Shown here: one piece after another, positions 55,243 through 63,744 of the stretch | Layout of the letters: each line of letters starts with the position of its first letter | How positions within the stretch are numbered: position 1 is the stretch's first letter | IMG/VR virus record: IMGVR_UViG_3300021475_000011 | Span: 3,534 to 67,533 of that record | From: a virus | Reading direction: 5' to 3' (one strand) | Length of the DNA stretch: 64,000 nt | Position numbers and translations under genes: made by a program | The notes under the pieces: generated by a model | Databases searched by the model: none | What the model was told of the DNA's origin: nothing | The model's input: only the letters and a program-made list of their open reading frames with translations

Positions 55243-55271
55243 GAGACGCCGGTCGGATGGAAGGCCAGAAA

Positions 55272-55304
55272 CGCGAAGGGCGCCCGGTGAGAGCGCCCTT
55301 CGCG
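55272..55304 (-). terminator. intrinsic terminator
   Basis: 12-bp stem CGCGAAGGGCGC/GCGCCCTTCGCG followed by TTTCT on the minus strand. Confidence 0.75.
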
Positions 55305-55334
55305 GTGCAGCTATGTCCGGCAGGAGTGTCGGCG

Positions 55335-56042
55335 TCAGGACGCCGGCGTGCCTCCGGTGCCCGGTTCCTGCGACGCGGGAGCCTCGCCGGCGGCGGGGTC
55401 CGCTGCGGGCTGACCGGCCTGCTCCGTCGGCGCGCCATCGGCGGGAGCCGACTGCGTGTCGCCAGCGGGCCAGTCCTGCGCGCTGCCCGAGCCGGGCTGA
55501 GCCGACGGGTCCGGGCCGGGAGGCGAGCCGGCGGCCGGCGCGGCGGGGTCGCTGGCGGGCGCGCTGGCCTCGCCGGCGGCGGGGTCCGCTGCGGGTGCCG
55601 ACTGCTCGGCAGCGGGCACGGCGGCGGAGCCACCGGCTTCGGTGCTGGCGGGCGGCGTGCCCTCGGCCGCCGTCTCGGCGGTCGTCAGCGACGTGGTGGC
55701 CGTCGCCAGGTGCGTGCCGACGCCTTCGACGCCGGACTTCAGCGCGTCCACTTCCGCCTGCGTGATCGTGGCCGTGCCGCCAGCCGCGACCTGCGCCTCG
55801 AGCGAAGCGACCTGCAACGCCAGAGCGCCCAGCTCGTTCGCTGCGCCGGTGACGGCCGTCTCCAACGCCGCGTCCTCCGTGGTGAGCTCCGCGACCGCGG
55901 CCTGAAGCCCTGACAAGTCAACTGCCATGCTGTGCAACCTCCTGTGTAGATGGTTCAGGGACCGCTTGATCTGGCGTAGCCACTCGGGCTCGCCCTCTTG
56001 CAGCTCCTCCACGAGAATTACTGTCTCGTCCAATGGGTCCAT
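55335..56042 (-). CDS. coiled-coil protein with Ala/Pro-rich repeat tail
   Basis: PAADPAAGEA repeated; own promoter (TACGAT) and terminator. Confidence 0.65.
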   Translation of the reverse strand: MDPLDETVILVEELQEGEPEWLRQIKRSLNHLHRRLHSMAVDLSGLQAAVAELTTEDAALETAVTGAANELGALALQVASLEAQVAAGGTATITQAEVDALKSGVEGVGTHLATATTSLTTAETAAEGTPPASTEAGGSAAVPAAEQSAPAADPAAGEASAPASDPAAPAAGSPPGPDPSAQPGSGSAQDWPAGDTQSAPADGAPTEQAGQPAADPAAGEAPASQEPGTGGTPAS

Positions 56043-56064
56043 TGTCGCTCCGATCGTAGCTGCT

Positions 56065-56081
56065 TGTCAGGACGCTTGACG
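56065..56081. promoter_or_regulatory. TGTCA-N7-TGACG operator
   Basis: TGTCAggacgctTGACG, intergenic. Confidence 0.65.
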
Positions 56082-56109
56082 TGGGACTATGCCGCACGTT
56101 GCACGCGAA

Positions 56110-56406
56110 TCAGTGACGGGCTTCCCCGTCGATCACGTCGTTGTCCACGACGCCTTCCACCGCGCGGAGCGTCAGCATCCCCGCGCGGGCACCCGTGCCC
56201 CATCCCCACAGCACCGGCAGCATGATCGGCGGGTCGTCGTTGCCGCCGAGCGCGGCGTACACGCGCGCCGAGAGCGACGGCACATCCTCGGGGTACTGGA
56301 TGTCGAACCACCGGCCGCCGAGCAGCACGCGCGCCTGCTGCGGGTTCTCGCCAAGGGCCTCGGCCTCGCCGTCCACCAATGGATGCTCCGAAGCTACAGC
56401 GCTCAT
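56110..56406 (-). CDS. hypothetical protein
   Basis: GGAGG RBS. Confidence 0.6.
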   Translation of the reverse strand: MSAVASEHPLVDGEAEALGENPQQARVLLGGRWFDIQYPEDVPSLSARVYAALGGNDDPPIMLPVLWGWGTGARAGMLTLRAVEGVVDNDVIDGEARH

Positions 56407-56425
56407 GTCGTCCTCCGTTCGTTGG

Positions 56426-56656
56426 TCACAGGTACATCTTCAGCTCGCGCCACTCGATGCGGTAGACCTGCGCCATCGGCAGCGACACAGCCTGCAAGCT
56501 CGTCGTCATCGGCTCGGGCTGACCCTCGACGCGCTCGTGCGCGGGACCGATCACATGCACCCAACCATACGTCGTCAGCTCGACCTCGCCAGAGAGCGGC
56601 GCCGGCGTCACGCCGTCAGCGCTCGCGCGCAAGATGACGCGGCCAGCGCCCTTCAC
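56426..56656 (-). CDS. hypothetical protein
   Basis: Coupled ORF. Confidence 0.5.
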   Translation of the reverse strand: MKGAGRVILRASADGVTPAPLSGEVELTTYGWVHVIGPAHERVEGQPEPMTTSLQAVSLPMAQVYRIEWRELKMYL

Positions 56657-56925
56657 GACGTTGGCCGCGGGCGCATCGGGTCGTGGCGCGCGGGCAGCGG
56701 ATCGTCAGGCACGATCGGGCCAAGGTCCGTGACCTCCACCACGAGCCTGTTCAGCATCGCCACGGCAGGCTCCCCGCCGACGGTGAAGTCCACGCCCTCC
56801 ATGTAGAGCTCACGAGCTGCGGCCGTCGCCTTCTCGAAGTTGGTGGCCTCGACGGTGAACTCCTGCGAGACGCCGCTGCGAGGCTCCGTGACCTTCGTCT
56901 TCCACCTGTGCCCGCGCTTCCTCAT
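56653..56925 (-). CDS. hypothetical protein
   Basis: Starts just after the operator at 56927. Confidence 0.55.
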   Translation of the reverse strand: MRKRGHRWKTKVTEPRSGVSQEFTVEATNFEKATAAARELYMEGVDFTVGGEPAVAMLNRLVVEVTDLGPIVPDDPLPARHDPMRPRPTS

Positions 56926-56926
56926 C

Positions 56927-56943
56927 TGTCACCCATGTTGACA
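56927..56943. promoter_or_regulatory. TGTCA-N7-TGACA operator
   Basis: TGTCAcccatgtTGACA. Confidence 0.7.
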
Positions 56944-56953
56944 GACCGCCCGG

Positions 56954-57226
56954 CTACGTGTCCAGCTCGACGCGCCGCGCGGAGACATGCGGCCAGCCCA
57001 ATCGGCGGTAGGGCTTCCAAGGCGGCACGCCCGCGTCGCTCTGCGCGTTCGACAGGACCGTCTTCTTGGCGAACACTTCGCTGCCGCCCATCCTGACCGT
57101 CTTCTCGGGCACGTCGTAGCGCGGCGGGATGTGGTGCGCCCTGACAGTGACCTCCCACAGCTCGGTCCTACCCTTGAGCGGGTTGCGTGCCAACGCGCAG
57201 CTCGTCAGCCGTAGCGAGCGAGACAT
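56954..57226 (-). CDS. hypothetical protein
   Basis: ORF track; plausible composition. Confidence 0.45.
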   Translation of the reverse strand: MSRSLRLTSCALARNPLKGRTELWEVTVRAHHIPPRYDVPEKTVRMGGSEVFAKKTVLSNAQSDAGVPPWKPYRRLGWPHVSARRVELDT

Positions 57227-57461
57227 GCTCGGCGATTTCCAGCGACATGATGATCGACTGCTCGTCGCCGGTCTGCACAGGCCCGGCGATTATGGTCTGA
57301 CCATAGGCGCGCCAGCCGTGCGGGTCGTTCACCACGAGCTCGTCGCCGACCTCGACAGGCGGTTCGCCGTGCAGCTCGATCAGCAGCTTCGCGCCGTTCG
57401 CGCCTTCGCGGTGGGTCTGCTCGATCGAGCCAGAGCAGTCGAAGGATCGCCGATCAGGCAC
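57168..57461 (-). CDS. hypothetical protein
   Basis: Coupled ORF. Confidence 0.5.
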   Translation of the reverse strand: MPDRRSFDCSGSIEQTHREGANGAKLLIELHGEPPVEVGDELVVNDPHGWRAYGQTIIAGPVQTGDEQSIIMSLEIAEHVSLATADELRVGTQPAQG

Positions 57462-57621
57462 CGACGAACCTCAGCCGCTCGTCGTCTTCGTTCCAGACGA
57501 CCGGCAGCAGCATCCCCTCGGGCACCGCGCGGTGGTCGCCGGCGTGTCCCTCGCTCAGCTCGCATTGCACGCCCGGCGTCGGCGGTTCCATGATCCACTC
57601 ACGGCACGGCTTATCAGGCAT
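57454..57621 (-). CDS. small Cys/His protein
   Basis: MPDKPC...QCELSEGHAGDH; not in the ORF track. Confidence 0.5.
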   Translation of the reverse strand: MPDKPCREWIMEPPTPGVQCELSEGHAGDHRAVPEGMLLPVVWNEDDERLRFVGA

Positions 57622-57811
57622 CGTCGGGCGCCTGGTCGGTCAGGTCGATGAGGCCCTTGCAGTCGCACTTCTTCACCTTGCACGCGCCCGTCTTCACGTC
57701 GTCGGGCGATTCGTAGGGCGCCGGCAGGTGCGAGCGGACGTGATGCCCACAGCCACACCGTTCGCCGGCGAGCATCTGCGCGTACTGCTCGGGACTGAGC
57801 TCGATCGTCAT
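57614..57811 (-). CDS. small Zn-binding protein
   Basis: CGCGH....H...CKVKKCDC. Confidence 0.6.
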   Translation of the reverse strand: MTIELSPEQYAQMLAGERCGCGHHVRSHLPAPYESPDDVKTGACKVKKCDCKGLIDLTDQAPDDA

Positions 57812-58272
57812 GGCTTCGGCGGCACGGCGACACCACAGCCGCAGTTGTCGCAGCTCACGACCGGGCCAGGCGCACCGTCGATCGCGTGCCCCATCGCCTC
57901 GATCAAGATGCGCCCGCAATGACACAGCGGGTACGTGTAGTGATCGCCCAGCCAGTCGTACTCGACCCACCGCGCCACCGGGTCCTGCGGGTGCCCGCAC
58001 GGCACCGGCAAGAAGAACGACACGTCCTCCTTGTTGACGACGAGGATGCGAGCGTGCGGGCCGTTGGGATCGGGCATCACGCGGCTGACGAACTTCCCAG
58101 CGCAGAGCGGCAGCGGCGGCGGCTGCGCCATCCTGCACTTGCGGCCTATCTCGTCCACGCTCCACGTCTTGCGGCCACAGCCGTCGCAGACCGCGAGCGG
58201 CGGCGCGTTGTCGCGCAGGTGGTACGGCGTGCGCTCGATGTCGTCCAAGTCGATCAGCTCCTCGTCAGCCAC
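57808..58272 (-). CDS. Cys-rich hypothetical protein
   Basis: Multiple CxxC pairs; GGAGG RBS. Confidence 0.6.
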   Translation of the reverse strand: MADEELIDLDDIERTPYHLRDNAPPLAVCDGCGRKTWSVDEIGRKCRMAQPPPLPLCAGKFVSRVMPDPNGPHARILVVNKEDVSFFLPVPCGHPQDPVARWVEYDWLGDHYTYPLCHCGRILIEAMGHAIDGAPGPVVSCDNCGCGVAVPPKP

Positions 58273-58645
58273 GATCGCCTCCGATCCGCGGCCGGCGCGG
58301 GCGCGTGCGCAGCGGCCCGAAGAACATGCCGAGCAGCACGCCGACGGCAATCAGCCCGACGCCCGTCAGGCCCGAGGCAAGCTGCGTCTCAGTCCCACCG
58401 ACGGCGACGCCGGCGCCGAGCAGGCACAGCAGCTCGGCCATACGGTTCAACCGTACATCGCGCGCGGTCCAGCGCAGCGCAGCGCGCGCATGGCGCATCT
58501 GCACGCTCCACGCGCCGCCGCAGGCCGAGCACAGCAGCGTGGGCCGACTGTGGATGCGTCCCCACTCAAGATCGGTGTGCTCGCACTCGTGCGCGGGCGC
58601 TGTGTCGATCGTCACCGGGACGCGCGCGGGTGCCAGATCATCCAT
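58265..58645 (-). CDS. Zn-ribbon + 2 TM protein
   Basis: CEH...CSAC followed by hydrophobic helices. Confidence 0.55.
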   Translation of the reverse strand: MDDLAPARVPVTIDTAPAHECEHTDLEWGRIHSRPTLLCSACGGAWSVQMRHARAALRWTARDVRLNRMAELLCLLGAGVAVGGTETQLASGLTGVGLIAVGVLLGMFFGPLRTRPRRPRIGGDRG

Positions 58646-58856
58646 CGCGCACGACTCCGCAGTCGGTCAGCTCGACCTCGAGCTGCGCGCGGCGCTCGTC
58701 AGACGGCGGCGCCAGCAGACCGAAGAAGCCATCGCGCGCCTGCATGTCGGCGTTCTCGCGCGTCAGCGCCCGCACCTGAAAGCGCCCGCGCGTGCCCGTC
58801 TCCGGGTCGTGGTAGTGCGCGATGTACTGGCGCAGCTCGCGCGCCGGCGCGCTCAT
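58638..58856 (-). CDS. hypothetical protein
   Basis: Coupled ORF. Confidence 0.55.
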   Translation of the reverse strand: MSAPARELRQYIAHYHDPETGTRGRFQVRALTRENADMQARDGFFGLLAPPSDERRAQLEVELTDCGVVRDG

Positions 58857-59206
58857 GGCAGGTGCTCCAACGTCCAGTGGCCATAGCTCTCCGTCGCGCG
58901 GTAGCGGCCGATCGGGTCAGGAGGCCCGTCGAGCGTGCGCAGGTGCGCGTGCAGGCCACAGGTGAACAGGTCGCCGTCCAACCGCTCGCGTAGCGGGTGC
59001 TGGATGGTGAAACCCTGCTCGTCGAAGACGACGATGTGCTCTATCTCGGGATCGGCGAGCAGTTCGCCGGCGGCGCGCGGGCGCTTGCAGTCCACGCGCA
59101 AGCAGCTCAGCTCGCCGTGATCGACGGACGTGTCGTCGTCGAAGGCAGGCTGGACCTCCAACGCGCCGCCGCACATCGGGCAGCGCGCGCCCACGAGCTT
59201 CAGCAC
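58853..59206 (-). CDS. DUF6085-like actinophage protein
   Basis: CPMCG...EHIV.F...GFTIQHPLRERL...C.LH...LDGPP..GRYRA; family name recalled, not verified. Confidence 0.55.
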   Translation of the reverse strand: MLKLVGARCPMCGGALEVQPAFDDDTSVDHGELSCLRVDCKRPRAAGELLADPEIEHIVVFDEQGFTIQHPLRERLDGDLFTCGLHAHLRTLDGPPDPIGRYRATESYGHWTLEHLP

Positions 59207-59207
59207 G

Positions 59208-59480
59208 TCAGCCTCCCTCGGCGATCCATGCACGCCCCTCTTCCAAGTTGCTTATCAGCTCGTCGAGGTCGGGAATCTCGACCTCCACGCAGATCGACTC
59301 GTCAGGGTTGGCAAGCACGAGGCCGAGCGACCTGTCCTCGGAGCGGCCTTCGCGCTCGGACGACGCGAACAGCACGACGATCTTCTCGGGCGAGAGCGAC
59401 ACGGCGACGCCCTGCGGCCGGCGCGGCGAGAGACGGCCGTGCGGGCGCCAGCCGCCGAGCGGTCGAGTCAGACGGCCCAC
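59208..59480 (-). CDS. hypothetical protein
   Basis: ORF track; start uncertain. Confidence 0.45.
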   Translation of the reverse strand: MGRLTRPLGGWRPHGRLSPRRPQGVAVSLSPEKIVVLFASSEREGRSEDRSLGLVLANPDESICVEVEIPDLDELISNLEEGRAWIAEGG

Positions 59481-59768
59481 TCAGTCGTCCTCGGGCTCGA
59501 CGCGCTCGCAGGCATAGCGATCGGGCGCGCCCTTGATGACGATGCTGAAGAAGCGGCCGATCGACTCAGCCGCGAGCAGCTTGTCGAGCGTGGCCTTCTC
59601 CACGTTGGCGTAGCGGTACGCACGCCCGGTCTTGAACTCGACCCACAGCGTCCCCAGCTCCGCTTCCGTGCCCTCCTGCACCCACGCGACACGCCGCAGG
59701 TTGCTCGACTCCACGTCCTGCCACGGCAGCGCGTCGTACTCGCTCAGCTTCACGGTCGATCCCTCCAT
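59481..59768 (-). CDS. KTSC domain protein
   Basis: VESSNLRRVAW...LWVEFKTGRAYRYANV...LLAAESIGRFF..IK. Confidence 0.88.
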   Translation of the reverse strand: MEGSTVKLSEYDALPWQDVESSNLRRVAWVQEGTEAELGTLWVEFKTGRAYRYANVEKATLDKLLAAESIGRFFSIVIKGAPDRYACERVEPEDD

Positions 59769-59785
59769 TGTCAGGTGAGTTTACA
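59769..59785. promoter_or_regulatory. TGTCA-N7-TTACA operator over a TAAACT -10 box
   Basis: TGTCAggtgagtTTACA, near-identical to the copy at 63514. Confidence 0.65.
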
Positions 59786-60017
59786 CAGGCACTTCATCGG
59801 CCGCAATCTTCAGGCTGTTCGCCAGCATCGAGCGGTGGTCAGCATCAGCATCCGGCTCCGGTGGCGCGCTGCTCGCCGCCCAATTCGAGTCGTGCGCCTC
59901 GTAGACGACGGTGATGGTGCAGAGCTTCAGGTCGATGCCCTCAGCCTCGAACGCCGCGCGGACGGCCGGCAGCGCCGCCTCCATCGCGGCCTCAGTCGGA
60001 GCGACGCTAAACGCCAT
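59781..60017 (-). CDS. hypothetical protein
   Basis: Coupled ORF. Confidence 0.5.
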   Translation of the reverse strand: MAFSVAPTEAAMEAALPAVRAAFEAEGIDLKLCTITVVYEAHDSNWAASSAPPEPDADADHRSMLANSLKIAADEVPV

Positions 60018-60180
60018 CGTCTCTGACCTCCTGCGCGACCGCCTCGACCGCGATCATCGGCGCCATGCACTTCGAGCACATGGGGATGTCGCCGGCGGGA
60101 ACCTCGCCAGGCCCGATCGACTTCTCGGCCTGACACTGGACGCAGCGCACGACGACGTGGCCGACCATGCGGCTACCCAT
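60007..60180 (-). CDS. small Zn-ribbon protein
   Basis: CVQC...CSKC. Confidence 0.55.
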   Translation of the reverse strand: MGSRMVGHVVVRCVQCQAEKSIGPGEVPAGDIPMCSKCMAPMIAVEAVAQEVRDDGV

Positions 60181-60586
60181 CGCGGCCGGGTCCTGGTCCG
60201 AGCTCGGCGAGCACGCGCGAGCTGAGCGCCGCGATCCGCTCCTGCGTGGCAATCGACATCGTGGGCACGACTGGCACCTTGAAGATGATCGGCTCGAACG
60301 TGCAGCGGCAGCGCGGCAGCGGGTCGTCGATGATGACGGGCTTCTCGTAGCGCACGCCCGTCAGCTTGTCCACGTCGATCCCCGCGCGCTCCAAGCTCTC
60401 GCGCCAGGTGGTGAAGGTCTTTGTCAGCGAGCGGCCCGCGATCGACACGGCGCGCTGCATCCCTTCGAGCGCGCGCTTCATCGCTTCGATCTGCGCGCTG
60501 AACTGTTCGCGGTCCTGCTGCTGGCGGCTCATCAGCGGCATGACCGACCTCGGGCGCTTCACGGGGATGGGGCGCAAGTCCTTCAC
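60173..60586 (-). CDS. hypothetical protein
   Basis: Coupled ORF; PRCRC motif. Confidence 0.55.
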   Translation of the reverse strand: MKDLRPIPVKRPRSVMPLMSRQQQDREQFSAQIEAMKRALEGMQRAVSIAGRSLTKTFTTWRESLERAGIDVDKLTGVRYEKPVIIDDPLPRCRCTFEPIIFKVPVVPTMSIATQERIAALSSRVLAELGPGPGRDG

Positions 60587-60924
60587 GACGCGCTCGGCTT
60601 CAGGTCGGTGACGGCGATCCGCTCAGTGTGCCCGTCGTCGTGGACCGCCGTCGAGGTCGAGCTGAACGCCAGGTCGAGCACATCGCCCTGCATGTCCTTG
60701 AACACGCGCCGTCCGACCTCGCTGTCGTCGAGCTGCACCGTCACGATCACGTCGCCTTCCTCCACGCTCGCAGCGATCATCGTGCCAATCTCGACGGCAG
60801 GGCCCGCGGCCGGGACGAGCTTCACGCGCTCGCCCACGCCGTTGATCTGCGCATCCGGGCTGATCCGCTGCTCAGGCGTCGAGCGCGCGATCACAGCCCG
60901 GACGATGCGGTCCTCGTCGCTCAC
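60583..60924 (-). CDS. hypothetical protein
   Basis: Coupled ORF. Confidence 0.55.
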   Translation of the reverse strand: MSDEDRIVRAVIARSTPEQRISPDAQINGVGERVKLVPAAGPAVEIGTMIAASVEEGDVIVTVQLDDSEVGRRVFKDMQGDVLDLAFSSTSTAVHDDGHTERIAVTDLKPSAS

Positions 60925-61457
60925 GCGCCCGTCAGGTTGTCGTGCAGCTCGACGTGCTGCTTGAACATCGTGTCGAGGCGCTGCGCGATGATCGTCAGCT
61001 CCTCGTGCAGCATCGCCTTCGTGACCTTCTTGTCGCCAGCCTTCTTGAAGCCGCCGCGCACCGCGGCCACGTCAGCGATCAGCGCTTGCAGCGGGGCGCC
61101 GAGCTCGCCAAGGATGAACTCTTCGCCCTCGCCGGCGCCAGTCGTCCAGCCGTTGTCGTAGGCGACGGGCCACTCCTGCGCCGCTTCCTCGAAGCCCTCG
61201 CTGTGCCCGCGACCACGACCCGCGCGGAACTCGCCGCGCATCATCGCGTCGATGTGGCTGCTGTGCAGGCCGACGCCCTCCTGCGTGTCCAAGTCCATCG
61301 TGCGGCCGTGCGTCGGGCGCGGCGGCCTACGCACGCGCCCCATGATCGTGCGCTCTGCGTCCTCGTCGGTGCCGGGCGACATCGCCATCATGTCGCCGCC
61401 GCCGTTCACGCGCTGCTCGTAGGGGTTCCTCGTGCGCCGTGTCACTCCCATGCTCAT
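60921..61457 (-). CDS. hypothetical protein
   Basis: GAAAGGGA RBS; GxxxG repeats. Confidence 0.6.
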   Translation of the reverse strand: MSMGVTRRTRNPYEQRVNGGGDMMAMSPGTDEDAERTIMGRVRRPPRPTHGRTMDLDTQEGVGLHSSHIDAMMRGEFRAGRGRGHSEGFEEAAQEWPVAYDNGWTTGAGEGEEFILGELGAPLQALIADVAAVRGGFKKAGDKKVTKAMLHEELTIIAQRLDTMFKQHVELHDNLTGA

Positions 61458-61486
61458 CCGTCCCTTTCACTCGCTCGCTGGTAGCC

Positions 61487-61503
61487 CGTCAACCTACATG
61501 ACA
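61487..61503. promoter_or_regulatory. CGTCA-N7-TGACA operator
   Basis: CGTCAacctacaTGACA, intergenic. Confidence 0.65.
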
Positions 61504-61520
61504 GGGTGAAAATGTGTAGC

Positions 61521-61787
61521 TCAGTCTGCGACAAGCTGCTTGACCACATCCCGCACTTTGGGAGAACAACGCCACATCGCGCCCCAATCTTCCTGACGCC
61601 GCTCGACGAGGCCCGCCTGCTCGAGCACACGGAGCTTGCGACCCATGCCCTGCGCGTTCGTGGTCGTGCCGATCATCTTGTTCACGTCGATGGCGACCTC
61701 ATCGGCGGTCGCGTGCTCGCTCAGCTTGCCGTTCCACGAGCGGCGCGCCACCGACGCCACGATCAGCAGGGCCTCGGCTGCCTCCAT
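61521..61787 (-). CDS. wHTH-like protein
   Basis: ATADEVA...QGMGRKLRVLEQAGLVERR. Confidence 0.55.
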   Translation of the reverse strand: MEAAEALLIVASVARRSWNGKLSEHATADEVAIDVNKMIGTTTNAQGMGRKLRVLEQAGLVERRQEDWGAMWRCSPKVRDVVKQLVAD

Positions 61788-61797
61788 CTGCGCAAGC

Positions 61798-62040
61798 CTA
61801 CGCTCGCGCGTGGACGCGGCCGTGCCGGCGCTTGGAGCGCGGGAGCTGCCCAGCGTCGAACCGCTCGATCACATGCTGCACCACGACGCGCGAGAAGCCT
61901 TCCCACTCTTCGACGTTCTCGCGCATCATGCGCAGCGCCTCGTCGTGGCTGTCGGCTTCTCCCATCAAGCACCACGGCTGCCCGATGTGTAGGCGCCGCT
62001 CGACGCGGTACGGCTTCGGGCTGAAGTCCACGTTCGTCAT
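61798..62040 (-). CDS. hypothetical protein
   Basis: GGAG RBS; coupled. Confidence 0.55.
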   Translation of the reverse strand: MTNVDFSPKPYRVERRLHIGQPWCLMGEADSHDEALRMMRENVEEWEGFSRVVVQHVIERFDAGQLPRSKRRHGRVHARA

Positions 62041-62219
62041 CGCTCCGAGGGCCTGACCGTTGGGTCCTCGCATGGCTCGGCGTGCAGGACGCCGACAGGG
62101 AACAGGCGGGGCTTCGAGCTGAGCAGCCCAACGACGTGCATTTCAGCAGCGTGCGCGTCGGTGTGCTTGACCTTGACCGTGGCTCTGACCTCGAACCACT
62201 TGTCGCTGTCGGCGCTCAT
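62037..62219 (-). CDS. hypothetical protein
   Basis: MSADSDKWFEV...; ATGA overlaps. Confidence 0.5.
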   Translation of the reverse strand: MSADSDKWFEVRATVKVKHTDAHAAEMHVVGLLSSKPRLFPVGVLHAEPCEDPTVRPSER

Positions 62220-62455
62220 GCGCGCACGCGCTCGCGCTCGAACTCTTCGTCGTCGAGCCGAGCTCGTTGCGCGTCGGCGGCGTAGATCACGGCGGCGCCG
62301 GCGGCTTCGGCCCACTCGCGCGCGCCCACAGCGCTGCCCGCCTCCGCTGCCTCGCGCGCGTTCTGAGCGCAAAGCCTCGCCTGGTCACGGCCGCTGCGCT
62401 CGATCTGCTGCCAGTCGCCGGCGGCAGGCATCAGTTCGGGCTCTGTCGCATCCAC
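62216..62455 (-). CDS. hypothetical protein
   Basis: Coupled ORF. Confidence 0.5.
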   Translation of the reverse strand: MDATEPELMPAAGDWQQIERSGRDQARLCAQNAREAAEAGSAVGAREWAEAAGAAVIYAADAQRARLDDEEFERERVRA

Positions 62456-62739
62456 TCGGGCGACTCAAACACGCCGCCAGGACCATGCTCGCCGCGCGCA
62501 GCCTTCACGCCCAGCAGGAACCCGTCGATCGCGCCGCCGAAGTACGCAGCTCGTGGCGAGTCCGGCACAGCGCCGCCCTCCGAGCGCGTCTCCCACAGCG
62601 CAGCGATGCACGAGCGATAGTCGTCAGGCTCGACGCGCGCAGCGCGCAGCGCAATCTCGATCGCCTCCGGGCCTTCGGCCTGCGCCAAGCTCTCGATGTG
62701 GCCGCGGGCGGCCTCGATCAGCACCGGCTCGTCGATCAA
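62431..62739 (-). CDS. hypothetical protein
   Basis: TTGA coupling. Confidence 0.5.
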   Translation of the reverse strand: MIDEPVLIEAARGHIESLAQAEGPEAIEIALRAARVEPDDYRSCIAALWETRSEGGAVPDSPRAAYFGGAIDGFLLGVKAARGEHGPGGVFESPEWMRQSPN

Positions 62740-63221
62740 GACTCGGGCTGCTCCACCGGCGGCGGCTGCTCGTCAGGCGGCACGTCGGCCGGACCCTGCA
62801 CACCGAACCCGAGAAGGCCCTGCCGTTCAGCGAGCTTGTGCGCGAGCAGCACGGCGATCCGGTCGGCCTTGTTCACGTCGATTTCGCCCGCGCCGTAGAC
62901 CATGCCCTCGGGGTCGTCGCGGTAGTCCCACACGCCGCTGATGTGCTCGCTGCCACGCGGCCACAGCTTCGCCACGACCGCACGCGCAGCCTCGCGCACG
63001 AGCTCGTCCGGCGGGTTGAGCTGGACAAGCTGCTCGGCGATGATCGGCGCTATCTGCTCGATCAGGCGCGCGTCGTCCGTCTCGGCGTCCATCACCGTGA
63101 CCTCGAGCGCGAGGCCGAGCGGGTGCAGCAGCAGCCGGTTCAGCTCTTGCAGGTAGCCGTCGCTGCGGAACTCCGCGATCGGCATGTGCTTGATCGGCCG
63201 CGTCGGGCTTTCATCGGGCAT
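62736..63221 (-). CDS. conserved phage hypothetical protein
   Basis: EFR..GYLQELNRLLLHPLGLALEV...WDYRDDPEGM; GAGGAG RBS. Confidence 0.7.
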   Translation of the reverse strand: MPDESPTRPIKHMPIAEFRSDGYLQELNRLLLHPLGLALEVTVMDAETDDARLIEQIAPIIAEQLVQLNPPDELVREAARAVVAKLWPRGSEHISGVWDYRDDPEGMVYGAGEIDVNKADRIAVLLAHKLAERQGLLGFGVQGPADVPPDEQPPPVEQPES

Positions 63222-63510
63222 CGGGGTCAACTCCTCGCTCTCGTTGCGCACGCCGGCCAGCGGGCACGCTCTTGAAGGTCCCGCCGTAGATGTCGGCCGT
63301 CTCGACCTGCACGCCGACGGTCAGCACGCCGAAGCGCTCCGGGCTGCCCTCCAACTTCCAGCCCGTCAACGGCAGCACGCCGAGCGCGAAGTCGTTGTGC
63401 ATGACCTCGGCGACCTTCTCGCCGTTCGGCAGTTCACGCACGCGCAGCGCCAGCCAAGGCAGCGGGTCCTCGGCTGGCGCGTCCGTCTCTATCTCCGACC
63501 CGTCAGGCAT
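63211..63510 (-). CDS. hypothetical protein
   Basis: Starts just after the operator at 63514. Confidence 0.55.
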   Translation of the reverse strand: MPDGSEIETDAPAEDPLPWLALRVRELPNGEKVAEVMHNDFALGVLPLTGWKLEGSPERFGVLTVGVQVETADIYGGTFKSVPAGRRAQRERGVDPDAR

Positions 63511-63513
63511 ACG

Positions 63514-63530
63514 TGTCAGGCGAGTTTACA
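63514..63530. promoter_or_regulatory. TGTCA-N7-TTACA operator over a TAAACT -10 box
   Basis: TGTCAggcgagtTTACA. Confidence 0.65.
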
Positions 63531-63744
63531 CAGTCCGGTAGAAGCACACGATCGGGTGCTTCGGGCCGTGCAGCCGCGGGCGGCAGACGCGCTTGCGCTT
63601 GTGGTGACGACGATGATGCGGAGTCGAATGGTGAACGACGACAGGGGGGGGGCTCGGCGGCTGCGGCGTGGTGTTCGTGATCGTCGGGGTGAAGATCACG
63701 GTGATGATGATGCAGGCCAACGGCAGGCAGGTCTTGACGCTCAT
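63526..63744 (-). CDS. small secreted Pro/His/Lys-rich protein
   Basis: Hydrophobic N-terminus, HHSTPHHRRHHKRKRVC; GAGAGGA RBS. Confidence 0.5.
   Translation of the reverse strand: MSVKTCLPLACIIITVIFTPTITNTTPQPPSPPPVVVHHSTPHHRRHHKRKRVCRPRLHGPKHPIVCFYRTV

Noticed and set aside
55370-55600. Direct repeat GCCTCGCCGGCGGCGGGGTCCGCTGCGGG
   Set aside because: A coding repeat (PAADPAAGEA) in a low-complexity tail, not an att site or IS end
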